DNA from: an uncultured bacterium
GTDB lineage: Bacteria; Chlamydiota; Chlamydiia; Chlamydiales; SM23-39
Reading direction: 5' to 3'
DNA: 64,000 bases
NCBI GenBank assembly: GCA_963716985.1
Contig: OY970323.1
Location: 1,120,001 to 1,184,000 of the forward strand
The first letter of the stretch is position 1, and each line of letters begins with the position of its first letter. Positions 21,824 to 30,849 of the stretch are shown here, piece by piece. Position numbers and translations under genes: made by a program. The notes beneath the pieces are model-generated. The model saw only the letters and a list, made by a program, of their open reading frames with translations. It was not told where the DNA came from and ran no database searches.

Positions 21824-23497
21824 ATGTCTTTTCATGAAAGACTTGCTAAGTTCGTTCAGGAAAATAAAAAAGATCTTTCTCTTTCGAAAACGAAAGATTT
21901 CATTGAAGAAGCGATTCGGTCGTTTGTATCGATAGAAGAGTTTGTCTCTCTGAACATCTCTCTTGCCTGCTATCCGCTTTTTGCAAGAAACCTTCCCTGC
22001 CTTTATTACAAAGAAGATCCCTCGATCATTTGTTTGAAAGGGGAGTTTCAGAATTTGCCTCTTTTGAAAAGGCGCGCTCTGGACAAAGCGTTATGGAGTT
22101 TGTATGCAAACAAAGAGGCTCCTTGTGGGAAAATCGTTCTTTTGAGCTGGGTGGTTCCCGGAGGGATTGGCGATTATTATGCGGCCGTTGAAACGGCGCG
22201 TATTTTAAAAAAAGCTGAGAGTTCATGGGATATCCACCTTGTCGTTATCTCTCACAAAGAGGCCCATCTTCCCAAGGACCTCTCCGAGCTCGTCTCTTTC
22301 CATTCCATCGTCTATGATGCCCAAAAGTCCTATTTTGCCCCCGAGGCTTCTTGGACAAAAGAACTCTTAGAGATTTTTTCAAAGTCCGATCTGATTCTGC
22401 AAATCCCGATGTATTACCCGCCTCTATCCGCAGCCTATGAGCTGCTGTCTAAGAATTCTTCTCTGCCCCGGGTGGACCTTGTCAGACAGTATGGTTTTAT
22501 TGCTTCAGACTGGCTCTCTCCGCCTCCTCTTGCCAAAAGCATGGGGCTTCATGGGCTTGAGATGGGCATTTTCACTAAGGAAGTTTCATTCGATGAGAAA
22601 ATATTTTCCTCTCTCATGCAGCGCTTGCGCCTTTCTCATCATTTCAAAGAGAGTCGTCCTTTCTTTGCCTATCTCGTTACGGGAGAGGGATGCGAAGCCT
22701 TTCTTCATGCGGTTTTAACCTACACGGAGGATGATCCCAGGGCCATTGATCTCTATGTTCATGAGATGGGCTGGTATCTCATCCATTTCGACAAAATCCG
22801 CAGGGCTATTGGCTGCTATGGTATTTCGGAAGTGATTTTTCATACTTCCGAGAAAACGAAAACCATTCCTCTATCGGGCAGGGGAAAGAGTTTGCGTCTG
22901 GTCCACACCGGACCGCTCGGCCACGCGGAGTTCAAAAGCCTCCTTCTTTTTTGCGACACTTTTGCAGCTTGCCGCGGGGACCAATCCTTTTCTGAAATGG
23001 TTTGTGCGGAGAAGGTCTATTTTTATGATGGTCTTTTGCATGCCGCGGATTTTTTGAAGGATCTCGTGGCCCTCTGCCGCCACTATTTGCCAAACTATCC
23101 TTCGACTGTAGAATATTTGCGTCTCTTTTTGAGCAATATGGCCCATCTGTGGCAACAAGATCCAAGAGAATGGGTGGATGAGGAGTTTTTTGCATTTTCC
23201 TATCCGGGGTCGCCGGAAATAGTGGGGAAAAAAATGGGGGCGCTGCTTAAAGATCACTCGACGAAAGAAGGAGTTTTCAAGCTCAATTGTCTTCTCAAAC
23301 AGAGGCATGATGTGTCTCCCCATTTGATCGCGATGGTGAAAAGGGCCTTGATTCATAAAAAATTTCCCCGTATTGCTGAGAAAGAAGAAAAACTGGTACA
23401 AAGCCTTTTGTCTGGCGAAACCACCTTTTCTTCAATGGTCTTAGGGTTATTGCGTTTGCTTTCTCGTCTCAAGGAGTCAAAAGATGCAAGAATATGA
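21824..23497 (+). CDS. Hypothetical protein, putative GT-B glycosyltransferase (EarP-like motifs)
   Basis: GGIGDYYAAVETARIL and EFKSLLLFCDTFAACRGDQSFSE..KVYFY motifs. Confidence 0.5.
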   Translation: MSFHERLAKFVQENKKDLSLSKTKDFIEEAIRSFVSIEEFVSLNISLACYPLFARNLPCLYYKEDPSIICLKGEFQNLPLLKRRALDKALWSLYANKEAPCGKIVLLSWVVPGGIGDYYAAVETARILKKAESSWDIHLVVISHKEAHLPKDLSELVSFHSIVYDAQKSYFAPEASWTKELLEIFSKSDLILQIPMYYPPLSAAYELLSKNSSLPRVDLVRQYGFIASDWLSPPPLAKSMGLHGLEMGIFTKEVSFDEKIFSSLMQRLRLSHHFKESRPFFAYLVTGEGCEAFLHAVLTYTEDDPRAIDLYVHEMGWYLIHFDKIRRAIGCYGISEVIFHTSEKTKTIPLSGRGKSLRLVHTGPLGHAEFKSLLLFCDTFAACRGDQSFSEMVCAEKVYFYDGLLHAADFLKDLVALCRHYLPNYPSTVEYLRLFLSNMAHLWQQDPREWVDEEFFAFSYPGSPEIVGKKMGALLKDHSTKEGVFKLNCLLKQRHDVSPHLIAMVKRALIHKKFPRIAEKEEKLVQSLLSGETTFSSMVLGLLRLLSRLKESKDARI

Positions 23498-23768
23498 TGA
23501 AATTTCCGATTGTCTCAATCGTTTAATCGAAGCCATTCGTCTTTATGTAAAAAGAGAAGAGAATCAAGACGAAATGGAGAGCCAAATCCAAAAAGAGACT
23601 CATCTTCTCTCCCTTTTAGGAAAGCGCATAGGGGGGCAGATGAAAGAGGACATCTTCCTTCTTTGCGAAGATGCGAAGAGCTTTATTCGCGATAGTGATG
23701 ATCCGAAAAAAGAATCTTCTCTTCTGGAGCGCTGCTTGGTTTTGAAAAATGATCTTTGGGAGCTTTGA
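23484..23768 (+). CDS. Small helical hypothetical protein
   Basis: AAGGAG RBS; overlaps the upstream stop. Confidence 0.65.
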   Translation: MQEYDEISDCLNRLIEAIRLYVKREENQDEMESQIQKETHLLSLLGKRIGGQMKEDIFLLCEDAKSFIRDSDDPKKESSLLERCLVLKNDLWEL

Positions 23769-23789
23769 AAAGAGCTGCTTCTTCGCTTT

Positions 23790-24620
23790 TCAAATCATCA
23801 ATCGGTGAGGATAGGTGAATTTAAATCCCTCTTTTTTGATCTTGCTATTAGAAATGCGCTTGTTTCCCGTCGAAGGGTGCTGCGAAGCATCCCAGAGAGG
23901 AGGAGTCAAATGGAACCGTTTGGCGACAGTGTCGTAAAACTCTTTTTGTGGAGGATGGTCATTGTCGCAGAGGTTATAGACTCCTTTCAGCTCTCTTTCG
24001 AGAGCATAATCAATGGCTTTCACAACATCCTCTTCGTGAACCATATTGGTAAAACTCTCTCCGTTTCCCGTGAGCACTTTTCCTTGCAGATCCTTAATTT
24101 TTTTTGAGATTTCCCTGCCCGGACCATAGATTTCGCCTAAGCGGAAAATGCACACCTGCCACCCTTGCTCGAGCAGGGAGAGGTAGGTGTTTTCCGTCTC
24201 GATCAAGATTTTCCCCTCAAAGGTCGACGCGTTCAGGGCGGAGGCTTCTTGCACCCAAAGACCTCGATGGTTTCCGTAAACGCTGCAATTACTGGTATAG
24301 ATGAGCGTCTTCGGCGTTTGCATCTCCAGTGCGCACGACTTGATGAACTGGGCCGTTCGAAGGAAGGTTTGTTCGATATCGCCATGGCGATTTGCCGAAA
24401 GTGTTAGCACGATGGCATCGTTTTCTAAGAGGATTTGCGTAATGACGCCGTCGTAGCTTCCTTTATAGAGGCTTGTTTTTTGGACAATTTTGGAAAGAAG
24501 TTTGATTTTTTTGGGACTGGAGGTCGTTGCGGTGATTTCATGCCCTTTTTTTGTCCAATAGATTGCAAGATCTGTTCCGATATAGCCGCATCCGATGATT
24601 GCAATCTTCGTTGGCTTCAC
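23790..24620 (-). CDS. NAD-dependent epimerase / atypical SDR family protein
   Basis: IIGCGYIG, SVYG, RLGEIYGPGR, NKRISNSKIK. Confidence 0.85.
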   Translation of the reverse strand: MKPTKIAIIGCGYIGTDLAIYWTKKGHEITATTSSPKKIKLLSKIVQKTSLYKGSYDGVITQILLENDAIVLTLSANRHGDIEQTFLRTAQFIKSCALEMQTPKTLIYTSNCSVYGNHRGLWVQEASALNASTFEGKILIETENTYLSLLEQGWQVCIFRLGEIYGPGREISKKIKDLQGKVLTGNGESFTNMVHEEDVVKAIDYALERELKGVYNLCDNDHPPQKEFYDTVAKRFHLTPPLWDASQHPSTGNKRISNSKIKKEGFKFTYPHRLMI

Positions 24621-25342
24621 GAAGGGACTCCTTGTAGCAAGTTTCGTTTTTCGAAGGCTTCTTTTAATGCCCTGTTTTCTTCTTTCTCAAAAACCCCATT
24701 TTTTTGCAGCCATTGGATATACCCTCTGGGAATTTCATCGAGACGCGTTCCCTGATATTTTCCAAAGGGCATATGGTTGATTGCAGAGGGGGTGCCAGCG
24801 ATTGCTGCGGTCTTCATCAATTCCAGAATTACGTCCAGCGTCAAATCGTCGCATAGGGCAATGAAAACGCGATAGAGGGTGATGACGTCGTTGAGGGCGC
24901 GATGAGCTTGATTGGAGGGAATGTCATAGACCTCTCGTAGGTATTGCAGGGCGTGGCGGGGGAGGTCGGGGCGATATTTTCTTGCCCATTTAAGAGAGTC
25001 CACATAGAGCCATGACGGGAAGGGAAGAAAGGAGCGTTCAAATTCCTTTTCTAAAAAAGGCTTGTCGAATGCATCGTTGTTATGCGCAATCAAGACGATG
25101 TCTCCCTCGCAAAAAGAGACGAATTTTTTCCCCACCTCGGCAAAAGAGGGCGCATCTTTCACCATATCATTGGTGATATGGTGGATGGCAATGGCCTCGT
25201 CCGGAATAACGATGCCTGGCTGGATCAGCTCACAAAAAGTCTTATTTCGAATGGGATCGTAGGCGGCAAGCTCAACGATGCGATCCCGATCGGGCGAGAT
25301 ACCGGTTGTTTCCGTGTCGTAAAAAATGGGACGCAAGACCAT
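24617..25342 (-). CDS. dnaQ: DnaQ-like DEDDh 3'-5' exonuclease with C-terminal MPFGKY domain
   Basis: YDTETTG, AHNNDAFD, AHRALND, MPFGKYQG. Confidence 0.85.
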   Translation of the reverse strand: MVLRPIFYDTETTGISPDRDRIVELAAYDPIRNKTFCELIQPGIVIPDEAIAIHHITNDMVKDAPSFAEVGKKFVSFCEGDIVLIAHNNDAFDKPFLEKEFERSFLPFPSWLYVDSLKWARKYRPDLPRHALQYLREVYDIPSNQAHRALNDVITLYRVFIALCDDLTLDVILELMKTAAIAGTPSAINHMPFGKYQGTRLDEIPRGYIQWLQKNGVFEKEENRALKEAFEKRNLLQGVPS

Positions 25343-25417
25343 ATAATCACACCAAATGTAGATTTTTTAACAGGTGTAGTATATATTTGCATTAAAAAAA
25401 TATGTGGAGGGATTCTT

Positions 25418-25591
25418 ATGAGAAAAGGGATCTATTTATTATTCTTCTTTTCGCTCGTTTTAACCGGATGTTTTCAGTCCATGAGTTCCGAGGAAGAAGA
25501 GCTGAGAACTGTTCCCGTGACCAACAACCCGCTTCTTCTGCCATCCGGTGCGCAAGATATGCCCGGCATGCCTATGGGGACTCCTCGTTAG
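25418..25591 (+). CDS. Small lipoprotein (57 aa)
   Basis: GGAGG RBS; MRKGIYLLFFFSLVLTG-C lipobox. Confidence 0.7.
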   Translation: MRKGIYLLFFFSLVLTGCFQSMSSEEEELRTVPVTNNPLLLPSGAQDMPGMPMGTPR

Positions 25592-25841
25592 GGTTCCTGG
25601 ATCGAGCTGGCCGCGTGGATGAGCGTGATTCTTGCCGACGTTTGGTGGCAAATGACAGGGGGTCAAAGCGGATCGATCGTGGTGTCGCGTGGTTTGGGTT
25701 TTAATAAAACTGTTCAAAAATTTTTTTAATGAGTAAACATTTTTTATTAAAAAAACAATATGTTTCAAAAATTTCTATTTACTTTTGTCAATAAAAATTA
25801 TATAATAGCCTAGTAAAATCAATCAACGGAGAGCAGTTTTT

Positions 25842-26171
25842 ATGTCCGCTGTTACTTTTCCCTCCTGCCATAGGGGAGGAATGCATGGAGCTTCTTTAGG
25901 TTCAATCTTAGGTTCATTCGCAGTCGCTGCTTGCGTACAATATACTCCCGAGCGGGTAAAAACAATCCTGGAGAAGGCAAAAACAGTCTATGCAGAGATC
26001 AAGGAATTTATGAATACCTATACGATTGTTTCCGAGCCTTTGAAGATCCTTGCGAGAGGAGCCGTATTATACGGGGCTTTCTCGCTTTTCCCCTGGACCA
26101 CTTCTTTGGGCTTTGGAGCATGGGCTCTTTATCAGATCTATATTACACCTGACAGGGTGCTTCCGGATTAA
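25842..26171 (+). CDS. Small hypothetical membrane protein
   Basis: GGAG RBS after an AT-rich promoter region; hydrophobic segments. Confidence 0.6.
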   Translation: MSAVTFPSCHRGGMHGASLGSILGSFAVAACVQYTPERVKTILEKAKTVYAEIKEFMNTYTIVSEPLKILARGAVLYGAFSLFPWTTSLGFGAWALYQIYITPDRVLPD

Positions 26172-26376
26172 CTTTCAATTGGAGACCGAATATCCCTTCG
26201 ATAATGTAGAATGATCGGGTTCGATTGGCATGTGCTTTTCAGAGGTAGTCAATTCCTGTTTCTTTCCAAAAATTCAAGCTGCGATTGAAGTTTTTCTATT
26301 TGGGCATAAAGCGCCTCAACGTCTACTTCTTGAGGCGGTTTATAACTTTAAACAGTGGTCCTATTTTCTGGGATCA

Positions 26377-26823
26377 TTATATGGTCAACAGCAAGCTCAT
26401 GAGAAGGTCCTGAGGAGTTGGTTTTGCGTTGAGTTGGTCCTGAGCTTTTGTATTTACACTCTCTTCGTCTTCATAAAATGGGATTTGAAAATGAATTTTG
26501 CTCAGCAAAAACCCCTCTGTTGCAAACGCTGTCTCAGGCGTCAAACTCACAACTTTGAGTGCTGATTTAAAAGTTGAAAAGTTTATTGCGCCATAGTCTG
26601 AGAGTGCTTTGCATGCAACGCAAACGGCAATTGCATAGATTGCACGATCATTATTCTTCGGCTGTTCTTGTGCTTTATAGAGTTCAAAAATTCGTTCCGC
26701 CAGATCAAAGACGTCTTGCGCGAATGGGTAATGCTCCTCCTGGTTACACAACAGTGCAGCGGAAGTTTTTTGATGAATTCCATTGACCACCTCTTTGGGA
26801 ACGTACCTTTCAACTGAAAACAT
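26377..26823 (-). CDS. Hypothetical protein resembling a eukaryotic cyclin box
   Basis: AAGGAG RBS; LAERIFELY..IYAIAVCVACKALSD..TEGFLLSKIHFQI spacing matches cyclin-box helices. Confidence 0.55.
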   Translation of the reverse strand: MFSVERYVPKEVVNGIHQKTSAALLCNQEEHYPFAQDVFDLAERIFELYKAQEQPKNNDRAIYAIAVCVACKALSDYGAINFSTFKSALKVVSLTPETAFATEGFLLSKIHFQIPFYEDEESVNTKAQDQLNAKPTPQDLLMSLLLTI

Positions 26824-26992
26824 AAAAACAACTCCTTGCTTTTATTTATTATCAAATTCTTATTTTGTAATTTTTATTATTTATATAATAAATTATATAA
26901 TAAAAACTAATTAAAAGCTATTAGAAATATTTGATTAGAAATATTTGATATGTTGGAATTTTTTAAAATGCGCATCTTTCTGACCGAGAAGG

Positions 26993-27166
26993 CAACTGTC
27001 CATAGAGTCGAGCAGAATGTAAGTTGCTGATTTTCAATGGTGTTCTTGTTGTTAAACCCAGCAAATAATCGCAAAAACTAGACAATTCATCTACGATGCT
27101 TGGGTTTTGTTTTTCATGTCATTTACAATCAAGATATTAAGCTTTGCTCGGCTCCGCAAACAATTG
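26993..27166. repeat. 174-bp degenerate palindrome (MITE-like or structured RNA)
   Basis: CAACTGTCCATAGAGTCGAGCAGA pairs with TTTGCTCGGCTCCGCAAACAATTG; inner stems TGATTTTCAATG/CATTTACAATCA and AAACCCAGCA/TGCTTGGGTTT. Confidence 0.55.
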
Positions 27167-27258
27167 TATGGTTAGACCTGTGTCTAAATTTCCGGAACCA
27201 TTCTACTTTTTCCTTGCCCTCTATTTCTCTTTTTGAATAAAAGAAAAAAGGGGGCCGT

Positions 27259-28299
27259 ATGACAAAAGAGATCTACCATTTTTTTCCGTTTGATCCTGAT
27301 GAAGTGATGAAGAAGCTGGGGAAAGAGAAGCTGATCTCCCTTTTGAAAGAGATGCTGTTTATCCGTATCTTTGAAACAAGAGCAGAATCTGCTTATCTGC
27401 AAGGAAAGATCGGGGGTTTTTTCCATTCCTATGCAGGAGAAGAGGCGATTCAGACAGGATGCGTTGCTGCTTTTGGGAAAAATCATTGGTATACCACCAC
27501 GTATCGATGCCATGCCCTTGCTCTATTGCTAGGCGTTGATCCTAAATCCATCATGGCAGAATTTTTTGGCAAGGAAACGGGCAATGCAAAGGGGAGGGGA
27601 GGCTCGATGCATCTCTTTGCCGATCGCATGCTTGGAGGCCTTGCCATTGTCGGGGGTCATTTGCCCATCGCGACCGGTGCCGGATTTTCTCTCAAATACC
27701 TAGAGAAAAAAGAAGAGGTCTCCCTCTGTTTTTTGGGGGAGGGTGCTGTCGCTCAGGGCGCATTTCATGAATCACTTAATATCGCGTCTCTCTGGAATCT
27801 GCCTTGCATCTATGTGATTGAAAATAACCGGTGGGGCATGGGAACGAAAGCCGAGATGGCCATTGCGGCAAAGCCCATTGCAGAAAAATTTGCCATTGCC
27901 TACAACATGAAATCATTCACGCTCGACGGAATGGACCTTCTTTCTTGTTATGCGGGATTTGAAGCGGCAAAGAAAGACATACTCAAAACATCGCGTCCGA
28001 TCTTAATCGAGGCTCTTACAGAGCGCTTTCGGGGGCATTCGATTTCCGATCCGGGCCTCTATCGGACCAAAGAAGATCTGGAAAGGGCGAAAAAAAGAGA
28101 CCCGATTGAACAGATGAAAAAAAGGTTGATCGACCACCATTGGCTCTGCGAAGAAGAGTTTCAAAAGATCGAAGAGGGGATCAAAAAAGAGGTAAGGGCG
28201 GCAGAGGCGTTTGCCGATGAAAGTCCTTTCCCCGATCCGATTACCTTAGAAGAAGATGTTATGGCCCAAAAGAAGAGGAAATGTGAAACAGAACATTGA
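27259..28299 (+). CDS. pdhA: Pyruvate dehydrogenase E1 alpha
   Basis: KIGGFFH, GRGGSMH, GEGAVAQGAFHESLN..ENN (TPP motif), RFRGHSISDP. Confidence 0.96.
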   Translation: MTKEIYHFFPFDPDEVMKKLGKEKLISLLKEMLFIRIFETRAESAYLQGKIGGFFHSYAGEEAIQTGCVAAFGKNHWYTTTYRCHALALLLGVDPKSIMAEFFGKETGNAKGRGGSMHLFADRMLGGLAIVGGHLPIATGAGFSLKYLEKKEEVSLCFLGEGAVAQGAFHESLNIASLWNLPCIYVIENNRWGMGTKAEMAIAAKPIAEKFAIAYNMKSFTLDGMDLLSCYAGFEAAKKDILKTSRPILIEALTERFRGHSISDPGLYRTKEDLERAKKRDPIEQMKKRLIDHHWLCEEEFQKIEEGIKKEVRAAEAFADESPFPDPITLEEDVMAQKKRKCETEH

Positions 28300-29260
28300 C
28301 ATGAGAGAAGCGATTGCCCAAGCAATGGACGAGGAGATGCGCCGCGATGAAAAAGTCTTTCTTCTCGGAGAAGAGGTGGGCGCCTATCAGGGGGCTTATA
28401 AAGTTTCTAAAGGTCTTTTGGAAAAATATGGACCTAAGCGAGTGATCGACACCCCGATTGCGGAAAACGGTTTTTCCGGGCTTGCGATCGGAGCTGCTAT
28501 GACGGGATTAAAACCGATTGTCGAGTTCATGAGCTGGAATTTTTCTTTTGTGGCAGCCGATCAATTGATTTCGCATGCATGCAAAATCTTCTACATGTCC
28601 GGAGGGCGCTTTTCCGTTCCGGTGGTCTTTCGCGGACCCAATGGAGCCGCTGCGCAGGTTTCTTGCCAACATTCTCACAACGTCGAATCGATCTATGGCA
28701 ATCTTCCGGGATGGAAAATCATCTCTCCTAGCAATGCGATGGACGCCAAGGGGCTTTTGAAGGCGGCGATTCGAGAGGAGAATCCCGTTTTGTTTTTGGA
28801 AAACGAGCTTCTTTACGCCAATCGAATGGACATCCCTAAAGAAGAATACGTGATCGAGATCGGAAAGGCCAAAATCGTGCAAAAGGGAACTCATGTTACC
28901 CTGGTTTCCTATAGCCGCATGATGGAGTTGTGCATGGAATCGGCAAAAGATCTGGAAAAAAAGAAAATTTCGGTCGAGCTGATCGATTTGCGCACGATCA
29001 AGCCGCTAGATATTGCCTGCATTGCAGAGTCGGTCAAAAAAACACACCATTGTGTTCTGGTAGAAGAGGGGCATTTCTTTGCGGGCATTTCTGCTGAGAT
29101 TGGATTTGAGATTGCGCAGCACTGTTTTGATTTTCTCGATTCTCCGATCCAAAGGGTTTGTGAGAAAGAGACTCCTCTGCCCTATTCCATTGTGTTGGAA
29201 AGAGAAACCCTTCCTACCAAAGAAAGAATTATGAAGGCCGTTGAAGATGCGGTTTTTTAA
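28283..29260 (+). CDS. pdhB: Pyruvate dehydrogenase E1 beta
   Basis: GEEVGAYQGAYKV, DTPIAE, VFRGPNG, IDLRTIKPLD. Confidence 0.96.
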   Translation: MKQNIDMREAIAQAMDEEMRRDEKVFLLGEEVGAYQGAYKVSKGLLEKYGPKRVIDTPIAENGFSGLAIGAAMTGLKPIVEFMSWNFSFVAADQLISHACKIFYMSGGRFSVPVVFRGPNGAAAQVSCQHSHNVESIYGNLPGWKIISPSNAMDAKGLLKAAIREENPVLFLENELLYANRMDIPKEEYVIEIGKAKIVQKGTHVTLVSYSRMMELCMESAKDLEKKKISVELIDLRTIKPLDIACIAESVKKTHHCVLVEEGHFFAGISAEIGFEIAQHCFDFLDSPIQRVCEKETPLPYSIVLERETLPTKERIMKAVEDAVF

Positions 29261-29278
29261 CCCGAAAAGAGGAATCTC

Positions 29279-30556
29279 ATGACGATTACGATCCGCATGC
29301 CAAAGCTCTCGCCAACAATGGAAACGGGGCAAATTGCCGAGTGGCACAAAAAAGAGGGAGATTTCGTCAAAGAGGGAGATCTTCTCTTCTCCGTCAGCAC
29401 GGACAAGGCCACCATAGAATATAACTCCCCGGAAGAAGGATTTCTTCGAAAGATCTACGTGAAGGAAAATCAGACGGCAGCTCTTAGCGAGCCGGTTGCT
29501 CTTTTGACAAAGACTCTTCAAGAGAGCATCGAAGAGCCGGTGAAAAAACAAGCTTCCGCTTCCCGGGCCAAGGAAGTGCCCAAGAAAGAAGAAAAGAAAA
29601 TCGAACAGGCTATGCCTCCCCTGCAAGGCCCCACATTCGTTCCGGAGATGCCTCTTGAAAAAGTAGCTTTTGAAGAGAAGGCTTGGGAATTTCACAAGCG
29701 TGCTTTGGCCTCCCCCCTGGCGAGGAAACTCGCGAAAGAGCAGGGATTGGATCTTGCAAGCGTTCATGGATCAGGTCCCGACGGCAGGATCATGAGCCGC
29801 GATCTGTCTCATGCAAGAAAAAAAAGTTCCCTTTCCTTCTCCGAGAGCGAACTGCCAAATATTCCCTCGGGGAGCTTTATCGAAGAGACTCTCTCCCCCA
29901 TGAGGCAGGTGATTGCTAAACGCTTGCAAGAGGCAAAGACCTTCATTCCTCATTTTTACGTTGCACAAAAGATCGATGCATCTCTTCTTTTTGAAATGAG
30001 AAAAGAGCTGAAAAGTGCGGGCATCGAGGTTTCTTTTAATGATTTTATCATCAAGGCCGCCGCTCTTGCTCTTCGTGAAAATCCTCATGTAAACAGCGGT
30101 TTTCATAGCCTTCATCAGACCATCGTTCGCTACCAGACTATCGACATATCCGTGGCTGTATCCATAAACGGGGGGCTGATTACTCCGATTATCCGCTATG
30201 CGGACTTTAAAAATCTGGGACAGATTTCCCAGGAGATGAAAGCTCTTTCCTCCAAAGCAAAAGAGGGAAAACTGTTGCCTAAGGAATACAAGGGCGGCTC
30301 ATTCACCATTTCTAATTTGGGCATGTATGGCGTGAGCGAGTTTTCTGCAATTGTCAATCCTCCTCAAGCAGCGATTTTGGCCGTTGGAGCGATTGTGGAC
30401 AGTCCCGTTGTGAAGGGAGAGAAGGTTGTGGCAGGTAAGGTCCTGACCGTGACTCTTTCTGCCGATCATCGCGTCGTCGATGGCGCCGATGGCGCTCTTT
30501 TCGTTCAATCCCTGAAGAAGTTCATAGAAAATCCGACCTTATTATTGCTGGGTTAA
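29279..30556 (+). CDS. pdhC: Pyruvate dehydrogenase E2 dihydrolipoamide acetyltransferase
   Basis: MPKLSPTM, lipoyl TDKA, ASPLARKLA, DHRVVDG. Confidence 0.96.
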   Translation: MTITIRMPKLSPTMETGQIAEWHKKEGDFVKEGDLLFSVSTDKATIEYNSPEEGFLRKIYVKENQTAALSEPVALLTKTLQESIEEPVKKQASASRAKEVPKKEEKKIEQAMPPLQGPTFVPEMPLEKVAFEEKAWEFHKRALASPLARKLAKEQGLDLASVHGSGPDGRIMSRDLSHARKKSSLSFSESELPNIPSGSFIEETLSPMRQVIAKRLQEAKTFIPHFYVAQKIDASLLFEMRKELKSAGIEVSFNDFIIKAAALALRENPHVNSGFHSLHQTIVRYQTIDISVAVSINGGLITPIIRYADFKNLGQISQEMKALSSKAKEGKLLPKEYKGGSFTISNLGMYGVSEFSAIVNPPQAAILAVGAIVDSPVVKGEKVVAGKVLTVTLSADHRVVDGADGALFVQSLKKFIENPTLLLLG

Positions 30557-30849
30557 TTTACGCATCCGGCACAGAAAAGATCCTGAATAATTTGACAATT
30601 CCTCTGGCTCTATCCCCAATCGAGTAAATCAAATACATTTTACTCACAGCTCCGTTTCAGTGTCATTGCTATTTGAAAATCAATGAGATGTGGGCGATCT
30701 TGCGCGCAACGCATTGAGAGAACAAGTCCGAAAAACCTTGATTTTTTCCTTTTTTTGAGGAATCATTTGTCTCTTGAAAACATGACCAGCAATGGAGCAG
30801 CACCGTCTCCCTATCCGAAAGGAAAAGGTTTTTCGCGCTGTCAACTAGG

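Noticed and set aside
26881..26947. Short tandem duplications (TTATATAATAAA x2, ATTAGAAATATTTG x2)
   Set aside because: Only two units each in very AT-rich DNA; consistent with slippage, not an array or iteron set
30560..30760. Scattered short inverted words upstream of the PP2C gene
   Set aside because: Only one small hairpin (GAGTAAA..TTTACTC); outer matches are asymmetric and could be chance
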